From the NCBI GenBank assembly GCA_029881035.1, contig JAOUNI010000005.1, positions 6,724-70,723 on the forward strand: a stretch of 64,000 nt of DNA. The letters are read 5' to 3'. Numbering within the stretch: position 1 is the first letter of the stretch; every line of letters begins with the position of its first letter. The stretch comes from Gammaproteobacteria bacterium (GTDB taxonomy: Bacteria; Pseudomonadota; Gammaproteobacteria; SZUA-229). A model generated the notes under the pieces. It had not been told where the DNA came from. It ran no database searches and saw only the letters and a list, made by a program, of their open reading frames with translations. Position numbers and translations under genes: made by a program. Shown in pieces: positions 53,406 through 61,440 of this stretch.

Positions 53406-54012
53406 GAAGTTATATATTCATCCTCAAATAAGAAAGCCACTAATTCTTTTTGTGTTAGTAACCATTTTTTCAACTATTATCATTGCAGTTTCAGATTTCT
53501 ATTTGAACAATGCATTTGATAGCCGTGAATCAGCAAATAGAGCCATGAGACTATGGAAGAATAAAATAGATGGCTCAAGAGAGAGCAATAGGATTATCAA
53601 TGAGTATGAAAAACGATATCTTGATCTAGTTAAAAATAATATTGTCGGTGAGGAAAATAGGCTTAATTGGCTGGAAACAATACAGGCCACGGCAAACATA
53701 AAGGGCATGTCATCAGTGAAATATAATGTTAGCAGCCAACGCCTGGTTGAGGACAAAACAGGTCAGCACGCAGCACAAGGATTAAAAGTGTATCGTAGCG
53801 ATATGACATTGGACATGAAAATGGCTCATGAAGGTGATTTGTTTGAAATGTTAAACACACTGGAAAACAAAGCGCAGGGCCTTTTTATTGTGGATAAATG
53901 TAATATTGAAAATTATGGTGCGCCATCTAAAAGTGGTAGTGAAAATATGCATGCATATTGTGAGTTAGCCTGGTATACCTTTAAGTCGGCTGATAATCAT
54001 GGGCAAAAATAA
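53398..54012 (+). CDS. Bitopic assembly protein, GspM/PilO/MshJ-like by architecture only
   Basis: 204 aa with an N-terminal TM, a coiled segment and a small alpha/beta domain. Overlaps the upstream gene by 8 nt. Confidence 0.5.
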   Translation: MNKKLYIHPQIRKPLILFVLVTIFSTIIIAVSDFYLNNAFDSRESANRAMRLWKNKIDGSRESNRIINEYEKRYLDLVKNNIVGEENRLNWLETIQATANIKGMSSVKYNVSSQRLVEDKTGQHAAQGLKVYRSDMTLDMKMAHEGDLFEMLNTLENKAQGLFIVDKCNIENYGAPSKSGSENMHAYCELAWYTFKSADNHGQK

Positions 54013-54013
54013 T

Positions 54014-54418
54014 ATGACAAATCAGATAAAAACGCTGTTGTCTTTGAGTTTTGTTCTGTCACTACAGGTCTCGGCGCAGGAATACAGTGAGCAGTCACTA
54101 AAAACTCTATTTACCAATCCTCAGGAGAGACAGATGATTGATGGTAATAGAAGTAATCATTCATCAAGTGATCAAGTTCTGGCTACGCCATCTAGTGTAC
54201 AAATTAATGGCATAGTAAAACGTAGTAATGGGAAAAGCGTAGTCTGGGTTAATGGAAAAAACACCATGGATACTACAATGACAGACGGTATCAAGGTGTA
54301 TTCAGGTTCAATTAAATCAAATAACAAAGTACCAGTGCTAATTGATGGTAAAAAAATCTATATCAAACCCGGTGAAACCTGGTCAGAAGACACTGGCGTT
54401 TCTGATGTTGGAAAATAG
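54014..54418 (+). CDS. Small exported protein, PilP/MshK/GspC-HR-like by position
   Basis: Start set at MTNQIKTLLSLSFVLSLQVSA-QE (signal peptide), one nt after the upstream stop. Confidence 0.45.
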   Translation: MTNQIKTLLSLSFVLSLQVSAQEYSEQSLKTLFTNPQERQMIDGNRSNHSSSDQVLATPSSVQINGIVKRSNGKSVVWVNGKNTMDTTMTDGIKVYSGSIKSNNKVPVLIDGKKIYIKPGETWSEDTGVSDVGK

Positions 54419-54447
54419 TCTCTAACGGCGAGTTAAATCACGTTGTC

Positions 54448-55734
54448 ATGTCCTCCAGAACGTCAGTTAAAACATTAAAGAATCAGCAGGGCATGGCATT
54501 GCTGGTTCTAGTAATTACTATTGTTTTAGCGTTCGCTGCCTATTCGTTGTCGGGTCTTTCTGTTAACAAGGTAAAAACCGATAATAAGAAACAAACAAGG
54601 ATGGCATTAAAAAAAGCCAAAGATGCGTTATTAGCTTATGCCATAAGTTATCCAGAGATTACAGGATCTATTAGAGGCCCGGGGTATTTGCCTTGTCCGG
54701 ATTTAAATAATAATGGGAAGACAGGGGCAAATGATTGTGAGACTGGCGGTGTTCCTAATGTAGGTCGATTACCATGGAATACTCTGGGTGTTGATGATTT
54801 AAGGGATGGTACGGGCGAAAGGTTGTGGTATGCCGTTTCGAGAAATTTTGATTATAGTAATAGCCCAACAGTAAACAAAATAAATTCAGCGACAATAGGA
54901 ACGATTACATTTAAAGATAATAACAATGTTGTGATATATGATGGAACATCATTAGATGCAGTTGTCGCAGTTGTTATCGCGCCAGGCGAAGCACTAAAAA
55001 GAGATAATGGAGTTGTGCAAAACAGGTCAGCAGTTACAGAAAATGATCCGGTTAATTATCTAGATATGGTCACTAGTGTAGAAGATAATGCGAGCTTTCA
55101 GCATGGCACTTTGGATGGTTTTATTGAAGGTGAAATAAAAAATGGCGGTGGTAATGTTATTGTTAATGATCAATTTATTGTGATTACTTATGGTGAAATT
55201 ATGGAGGTAGTTCACAAACGCGTATCAAGAGAAATTAGCAATGTAATTAATACGTATCTTGCAACTTGTGACGCTTATCCTGAGGCCTCCGCATTCGACC
55301 CTACTAAAGCATCATATGATAGTGCGGGTTTTGCGCCTCCCGCTGAGTTGAGGCAGGGGCATTTGCCATTGGATACAGCATTTCCAACAAATTGGGGCGA
55401 TATGTGTGGTCTGAATACGGCGCCTGTTCCCCCTGCATGGTTGAAGGCAGAGAATTGGGATAGAGTATCATATTATGCATTTGCATATCAGAATGCCCCG
55501 CCAGCAAATGGTCTTTCATGTGGTAATGGGACAAACCCACCCTGTATGACTGTAAATAATACAAATCCGTTAGTTAATAATGCGCAGGCTCTGATAGTGT
55601 TTGCTGGTCGAGATATAACAGGCAACAGGCCAAGCATTGTCATGAGCGATTATTTTGAAGGTGACAACAATGATCTTGACGATGTATATGATGCAGGTGA
55701 AGCAGAGGATCACGTTACTGTGGTGACGCCATGA
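54448..55734 (+). CDS. Large GspK-like minor pseudopilin lacking Glu5
   Basis: N-terminus ..NQQG-MALLVLVITIVLAF.. resembles the GspK/PilX class (no Glu at +5). 428 aa. Confidence 0.6.
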   Translation: MSSRTSVKTLKNQQGMALLVLVITIVLAFAAYSLSGLSVNKVKTDNKKQTRMALKKAKDALLAYAISYPEITGSIRGPGYLPCPDLNNNGKTGANDCETGGVPNVGRLPWNTLGVDDLRDGTGERLWYAVSRNFDYSNSPTVNKINSATIGTITFKDNNNVVIYDGTSLDAVVAVVIAPGEALKRDNGVVQNRSAVTENDPVNYLDMVTSVEDNASFQHGTLDGFIEGEIKNGGGNVIVNDQFIVITYGEIMEVVHKRVSREISNVINTYLATCDAYPEASAFDPTKASYDSAGFAPPAELRQGHLPLDTAFPTNWGDMCGLNTAPVPPAWLKAENWDRVSYYAFAYQNAPPANGLSCGNGTNPPCMTVNNTNPLVNNAQALIVFAGRDITGNRPSIVMSDYFEGDNNDLDDVYDAGEAEDHVTVVTP

Positions 55735-56528
55735 AGAATAATATGAATACGAGAGGCTTTACTCTCGTCGAGTTAGCAATCGTATTGGTAATTATTGGTG
55801 TATTGCTGAGTGGTTTTATCGGTACATTGGCATCCCGGATTGAAATTACACAACGTGATAATACAAAAGAACAACTCGAAGATATAAAAACTGCGATTTT
55901 GGGTTTTGCTGGTGCACATGGCCGGTTACCCTGTCCTACCACAACAACGGGTGCAGGACAGGAACAGCCAGTTGGTGGCGGTGTTTGTGCATTACAACAT
56001 GGTTTTGTACCAGGTAAAACATTGGGGCTTAACGGTGCCTACAATAAAGATGGATTATTGATCGATACCTGGTCTAATCCGATTAGGTATAGCGTAACAA
56101 CTGATAGTGTATTTACTACAGATTCAACGCCAGGAGCTGGTGGTATGAAGGATATGGGAATGGCGGCTTTAACCCCAGATTTAGTTGTATGTGATGGTAA
56201 TAGCGCTTCTAATGTTGATTGTTCAGCAGGAATAAATAAATTAACAGACAATGCGCCATTTATTGTACTTTCATTAGGCAAAGATGGTAGTGATTTTGTA
56301 ACGAATATAGCGCCGAATTCAGATCAGGGAGAAAACGCAGGTGAGGCGGCTGTTGTAGCTAATGCAGCAGGAGAAAATCTAGCCTACACAGTGGGTAATA
56401 ACAGGGTGTTTGTTAGTAAGAGTTTTAGTGGTGTTGGTGCAACTGCCGGACAGTTTGATGATTTAATAGTATGGGAGTCACCTTATATTCTGTATAGCCA
56501 GATGATAGAAGCTGGTCAGCTTCCTTAG
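55731..56528 (+). CDS. Type IV prepilin-like protein (265 aa)
   Basis: Canonical N-methylation site ..TRG-FTLVELAIVLVIIGVL.. with Glu5. Confidence 0.85.
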   Translation: MKNNMNTRGFTLVELAIVLVIIGVLLSGFIGTLASRIEITQRDNTKEQLEDIKTAILGFAGAHGRLPCPTTTTGAGQEQPVGGGVCALQHGFVPGKTLGLNGAYNKDGLLIDTWSNPIRYSVTTDSVFTTDSTPGAGGMKDMGMAALTPDLVVCDGNSASNVDCSAGINKLTDNAPFIVLSLGKDGSDFVTNIAPNSDQGENAGEAAVVANAAGENLAYTVGNNRVFVSKSFSGVGATAGQFDDLIVWESPYILYSQMIEAGQLP

Positions 56529-58204
56529 TTCGTTACCTGCTGCTCCAGTTTAAAACAAACGCGCCCATCAGCATTTTCGTACAATTCCAGTTCAATATTG
56601 TGGTTCCTGGCCTGTTGCTGACATTGATATAAGCCAATTCCAAAACCATCTTCTGATTCAAGTGGTGCGGTAAATATAGTCGCAGCTAATTGTTCGGGTA
56701 TGGCTTTGCCGGTATCGCGTACGGTAAGCCTAACGTGATTACTTCGACATTCCAGAGTTACAGTAATTTCTATATTTTGTTGGAGAATGCGTTTGTTTCG
56801 GGCATTTTCGAGCAAGTTTTCAATGATGCTGTCATAAACATCAATGGGTATCTTGAAGTCACATTCAACATTTTCAATGAAGTCAATATTGCGACGGTTA
56901 TAACGTACCTTAAGTTGATTCCACCAGTGTGAGATAGGCGAAGTTTTAGATGGCTCCGGTTTTGGTGTAGAAAGTTTATCCAGAGTTGTTTTTAATCGTT
57001 GTGTCAAAAGAGGTAGTTGCTGTTGCAAAATAATTTGTACATCTTCAAGTCGAGTGTCTTTGTCGAGCGCGATCTGTGTCATGGTTTGCGTTGATTGTAA
57101 AATGTTTTTAACATCATGGGTTAGTTTGGATCCCGTTTCATAAATCGCACGTAGATGCGCCTGTTTGATAAGTTGCTGTTCCTGTAATTTTGCTTTGTAA
57201 TAAAAATTTAAAACACCGAGTAATAATTTTGTATGTAGTAATAGAGCCGGTCCGATAGGGCTATATGCGTATAACGTAATATTTAGTTTATCGTCAGAAT
57301 AAGTCGTCGAGTGCGCGCTTTTTTTTCCGTATGATTGTTCCTGGTTATGTTCATGCCAGAATATACCGCACACCCAGGGCCGGGTAATCAGGTGTTGAAT
57401 GCTGGTTTGAAGAAAATGCTCAGGTTTGATCGAAGTATTAGCTTCAATAGCTGCAAGCCTTGAAAGCCACTCTTCAAATGGACCACCAATATTGAGTAAA
57501 TATTTTTCCCAGAGCTGAGCTAACCCGGAAAAACCAGCACGAGGTGTCCACAGTACCGCAGTGGCCAGAAGAAATAATGCGGCAATTAAAATGGTAATAA
57601 CTAGTGAATGTAAATAGGGCGTTTTAGATGAAAATGTAGTGAGGACGCTGCCCATGCATAAAAATAGTGTAAGGATGACCACAAAGAAACCGCGGATAAA
57701 ATCGATGTGAGAGATTTGTGTTTTTCTCGAAGGTATAAAAAGAAGTATCAGTGATAGTGCAAGCAAGGCGAATTCGGTGACTGTTTTTAATTGTTTTGAT
57801 AGCCCTGATAATCCGAAGAGAGTGGGATTAATAATAAGTGTTAGTTCAAGAAATAGAATAATAACGGCCAGGCCATACGCGGCTCGACCTATGCCTCGAG
57901 CAAATATACGTCCAGTGAGCAGGCTAAGCAATAACAGCATCCAGAATGTGCTGATCCATAGATTGAACCATGATATAAAGATAAGAATAAAACCAGTTAG
58001 AAGTGTTAGATTAATCCAGCTGAAACTTTGCTCCTGTTTCAAAACAGGCTGCCATAGCAGGAACAGACCAAAATGAGTAATTAAGAAGCTATATGAAAGA
58101 TAGTTATCTGGACCTATATAAATAGCCATCAATAAACTGAATAGCATCAACCCGAGTAATTGATGCTCAAAATTTGAAAAACGACTGGCTGATAGCAAAG
58201 GCAT
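56525..58204 (-). CDS. Polytopic sensor histidine kinase (PrsK/PilS-like)
   Basis: About 235-aa multi-TM N-terminus. H-box ..KLTHDVKNILQS... HATPase G-boxes ..RDTGKAIP.. and ..GFGIGLY... Confidence 0.88.
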   Translation of the reverse strand: MPLLSASRFSNFEHQLLGLMLFSLLMAIYIGPDNYLSYSFLITHFGLFLLWQPVLKQEQSFSWINLTLLTGFILIFISWFNLWISTFWMLLLLSLLTGRIFARGIGRAAYGLAVIILFLELTLIINPTLFGLSGLSKQLKTVTEFALLALSLILLFIPSRKTQISHIDFIRGFFVVILTLFLCMGSVLTTFSSKTPYLHSLVITILIAALFLLATAVLWTPRAGFSGLAQLWEKYLLNIGGPFEEWLSRLAAIEANTSIKPEHFLQTSIQHLITRPWVCGIFWHEHNQEQSYGKKSAHSTTYSDDKLNITLYAYSPIGPALLLHTKLLLGVLNFYYKAKLQEQQLIKQAHLRAIYETGSKLTHDVKNILQSTQTMTQIALDKDTRLEDVQIILQQQLPLLTQRLKTTLDKLSTPKPEPSKTSPISHWWNQLKVRYNRRNIDFIENVECDFKIPIDVYDSIIENLLENARNKRILQQNIEITVTLECRSNHVRLTVRDTGKAIPEQLAATIFTAPLESEDGFGIGLYQCQQQARNHNIELELYENADGRVCFKLEQQVTN

Positions 58205-58267
58205 CGTTATTTGCCTACAATTGCCCTTGGTAATATTTGTTTAAATTCCATAAGGTATAGCGATTTC

Positions 58268-59038
58268 ATGTTTTCTAAAGTACTGACGATATCGAAATTT
58301 ACCATAATTGAGTCGTTGCGTAATCGATTGTTGTGGCTATCACTATTAATGATGGTGATTGGTTTCGTGCTGGTTGAATTTGTTGGTGATCTTGCCATTA
58401 CTGAACATAAAGCAACTCAGTTAGCAATATTAGCGGTGTTTCTTAGATTAAGTGCCGTTTTGTTAATGTCATTATTTGTGGTATCGAGTAGTTTGCGTGA
58501 GCTTCAGGATAAAACGCTAGAAATGATATTGGCTATGTCGATCAGGCGAAGTAGTTATTATTTAGGTAAGTTACTTGGTTATATTCAGCTCGCTGCATTA
58601 ATGGGTCTGGCTTTTGGCTTGATATTGATAATTTACGCGCCATTTGAGCAAGTTCTGATCTGGTCTGTATCATTGATTTTTGAATTAGTATTGGTAGTGG
58701 CGTTGGCTTTGGTGATGTTATTTACCTTTAAACAAACACCAGCAGCATTGACTGGAGTGTTTATAATTTACCTGGCATCACGCATTGTCGCTTCTCTGTA
58801 CCTGATGTCACAGCATCCTATTATTTCTTATGACAATATTGGGCAGAAGTTTATGGATGGATTTGTTGGCATGATGACCTGGGTTTTGCCTGATTTGAGC
58901 CAATTTACCCAAACTGAGTGGCTGGTATATGAAACAGCAGACTGGTCTCAGTTATTGCCTGTATTGGCTCAGACGGTAATATATCTGGGTCTTTTATCAA
59001 TGATTGCGCTGTTTGATTTTTACCGGAAAAACTTTTAA
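58268..59038 (+). CDS. ABC-2 family permease (NosY/PilI-like)
   Basis: Start set at MFSKVLTISKFTIIESLRNR... Six predicted TM segments. Confidence 0.75.
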   Translation: MFSKVLTISKFTIIESLRNRLLWLSLLMMVIGFVLVEFVGDLAITEHKATQLAILAVFLRLSAVLLMSLFVVSSSLRELQDKTLEMILAMSIRRSSYYLGKLLGYIQLAALMGLAFGLILIIYAPFEQVLIWSVSLIFELVLVVALALVMLFTFKQTPAALTGVFIIYLASRIVASLYLMSQHPIISYDNIGQKFMDGFVGMMTWVLPDLSQFTQTEWLVYETADWSQLLPVLAQTVIYLGLLSMIALFDFYRKNF

Positions 59039-59763
59039 TGCTAAATGCCTTGTTCAATAAAGACAGGCCATTGCGGGATGTGCCGATATCTATAAGTCTA
59101 TTTTTAGTTGTGGCTCTGGCATTGCAACTGTTATGGCATAACCAGCAAGGTGTAAAAGTAGCTCAGGCTGAAGATCTCCCCGCTCCGCTGTCGGCGGATG
59201 CTTACAGTATGGCTTCATTAAAAGAACCCATTGCCATGTCAAAGTTGCTAAATTTGTGGTTACAGGCTTTTGATAATCAGCCCGGTTTGAGTCTTTCATT
59301 CCACCAGCTTGATTATGTACGGATTACGCAGTGGTTAGATGTCATTATGGAGTTAGATCCAAGAGGGTCTTATCCTATGCTGGTTGCAGCGAGAGTTTAT
59401 GGTCGTGTTACAGATAAAACACGGCAGCGTATTATGCTGGATTACATCTACCAGAAGTTTAATGAAAATCCAAACAGGCATTGGCGATGGTTGGCACATG
59501 CGGCAACTGTGGCAAAGCATAGTTTGAAAGATATGCATTTAGCACTGGAATATGCACGTGCATTATCAGAAAAAGCTACAGATAAACATGTGCCCTATTG
59601 GGCGCGTGATATGCATTTTATTTTATTGGAGGATATGGGTGAAATTGAAACTGCCAAGGTTCTGGTAGGTGCTTTAATTGAAAGTGGTGACATTAATGAT
59701 CCATATGAGCTGCGTTTTTTGACTGAGAAAATCCGTGAATTGGAGGAAAAATCGACAAACTAA
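59038..59763 (+). CDS. Membrane-anchored protein of unknown function
   Basis: 241 aa with an N-terminal TM. Its start shares a base with the permease stop (TAATG). Confidence 0.6.
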   Translation: MLNALFNKDRPLRDVPISISLFLVVALALQLLWHNQQGVKVAQAEDLPAPLSADAYSMASLKEPIAMSKLLNLWLQAFDNQPGLSLSFHQLDYVRITQWLDVIMELDPRGSYPMLVAARVYGRVTDKTRQRIMLDYIYQKFNENPNRHWRWLAHAATVAKHSLKDMHLALEYARALSEKATDKHVPYWARDMHFILLEDMGEIETAKVLVGALIESGDINDPYELRFLTEKIRELEEKSTN

Positions 59764-59838
59764 GTCTAAACTGTTGATATTTCGACAGATAAGACGGATT
59801 TTTTATAAATAACAGGATTGTATCGCTGGTTTTGTATG

Positions 59839-59854
59839 TGGCATGATAATTGCT
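59839..59854 (+). promoter_or_regulatory. Sigma54 (RpoN) -24/-12 promoter
   Basis: TGGCATgataaTTGCT has GG-N10-GC spacing matching the TGGCAC-N5-TTGCW consensus. It lies 62 nt upstream of the prepilin ATG. Confidence 0.7.
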
Positions 59855-59915
59855 TTGAAAGAAAGTAAGTAAATAAGATTAGTCAAATAATAAAAATTAT
59901 TAAGGTGTCACTATT

Positions 59916-60644
59916 ATGAGTACGCATACACGAATGAGAAAACAGTTGAACAGGCAAAAGGGTTTTACCCTGATCGAAATTGCAATTGTATTAGTTATTA
60001 TCGGCCTGTTACTGGGTGGCGTGCTAAAAGGACAGGAGTTAATTAATACTGCACGCGTACGTGCTTTGAATAACAGTGTGGATGGGATTACAGCGGCCTG
60101 GTTTAGTTTTCAGGATCGTTACCGCTCGTTCCCTGGTGATTACCTTACAGCCAGGGCAGTTGTTAATTTACCAAAAGTGACCGCCGGTGGTAATGGTGAT
60201 GGCCAGGTTCTAACGCCAGCAGAGCGTGGTCTTGCCTGGGTGCATCTGCAGGCTGCGGGTTATATTACCGGTGGTTATACTAATAATGCAGCGTCTATTG
60301 CTGATGCTGACTTATATGTTTGTAGTACTGTCTTATGTCCAGATAATGGTTTTGGTTCGGGCATGGTTATCGCTCACGGTAAGGTTCAATATGATTCAGT
60401 AGCCGCTACAGTTTCTGCACATGAATTAATTACCGGGCAAGGTGTCCCCGTAGATGTATTAGCTGAGTTGGATCGAAAAGTGGATGATGGTGTTGCTGGT
60501 GCTGGTTTGATGCAAATAGGCCTGGGTGGTACTACCTGGACAACCGCGATGGCAGCTGCTTGTGTTAGCCTTGTAGGTACTGTTAATGAATACCAGTTGC
60601 AGACGCCGAGTGATAATTGTGCAGCGGTATTTAGAAACTTCTAA
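59916..60644 (+). CDS. Type IV prepilin (242 aa), candidate major subunit
   Basis: ..RQKG-FTLIEIAIVLVIIGLLLGGVLKGQELI.. with Glu5. It has its own RBS aaggtg, a sigma54 promoter and a strong terminator. Confidence 0.85.
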   Translation: MSTHTRMRKQLNRQKGFTLIEIAIVLVIIGLLLGGVLKGQELINTARVRALNNSVDGITAAWFSFQDRYRSFPGDYLTARAVVNLPKVTAGGNGDGQVLTPAERGLAWVHLQAAGYITGGYTNNAASIADADLYVCSTVLCPDNGFGSGMVIAHGKVQYDSVAATVSAHELITGQGVPVDVLAELDRKVDDGVAGAGLMQIGLGGTTWTTAMAAACVSLVGTVNEYQLQTPSDNCAAVFRNF

Positions 60645-60666
60645 TTGCATTGTATTGGTGTGATAT

Positions 60667-60699
60667 AAAAAGAGCCCTATTAATTGGGCTCTTTTTTTG
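60667..60699 (+). terminator. Rho-independent terminator after the prepilin gene
   Basis: aaaaagagccc-tattaatt-gggctcttttttt: a 7-bp GC-rich stem followed by a T7 tract. Confidence 0.8.
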
Positions 60700-60729
60700 T
60701 GCTGATGCCTAAAGAAATATTATAAGTTT

Positions 60730-61440
60730 ATGAAAGTTATCCAATGTAAAAATTTAATAAAATTCTACGGCTCAAAAAAAGTACTCGATAATATTAGTCT
60801 ATCAGTCGAACAGGGCGACTTTTTTGGTTTGGTGGGTATGAATGGCAGTGGCAAATCCACTATGATCAAAGCCATGTTAGATCTTGTATCGATTGATGGC
60901 GGTGAGATTGAACTATTTGGTGAATCACACCGTCAAGTCTCATCAAGAAAGGACATAGCATATCTGCCAGACCGTTTCTCCCCGCCGCCGCACTTAAAAG
61001 GCAAAGATTTTGTACGTTACATGATAGAGCTACAAGGCCATTCATTTGATGAAGAAAGAATTAATTCTGTATTTGATGCACTGGAGTTAGATAAAGCAAC
61101 AATACAGGCATCAGTGAGTAGTCTTTCTAAAGGAATGACACAAAAATTGGGTTTGGCTGCTTGTCTGTTGAGCGATAAAAAGTTGCTCATGTTGGACGAA
61201 CCAATGAGCGGTCTGGACCCGAAGGCTAGAGTATTATTTAAAAAAGAATTGCAGAATAAAAAACAAAAGGGTTTATCAGTATTTTTTAGCTCGCACGTAC
61301 TAGCCGATGTCGATGAAATGGCAGATAACATTGCAGTATTACATGCCGGCAGATTTATGTATGTCGGGAGTGCAAATGGCTTAAAAGAAAAATATAAAAC
61401 GAATGTGCTTGAAGATGCATATATGCAATGTATTAGTTAA
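60730..61440 (+). CDS. ABC transporter ATP-binding protein (PilH-like context)
   Basis: Walker A GMNGSGKST, signature LSKGMTQK and Walker B LLMLDEP. Confidence 0.9.
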   Translation: MKVIQCKNLIKFYGSKKVLDNISLSVEQGDFFGLVGMNGSGKSTMIKAMLDLVSIDGGEIELFGESHRQVSSRKDIAYLPDRFSPPPHLKGKDFVRYMIELQGHSFDEERINSVFDALELDKATIQASVSSLSKGMTQKLGLAACLLSDKKLLMLDEPMSGLDPKARVLFKKELQNKKQKGLSVFFSSHVLADVDEMADNIAVLHAGRFMYVGSANGLKEKYKTNVLEDAYMQCIS

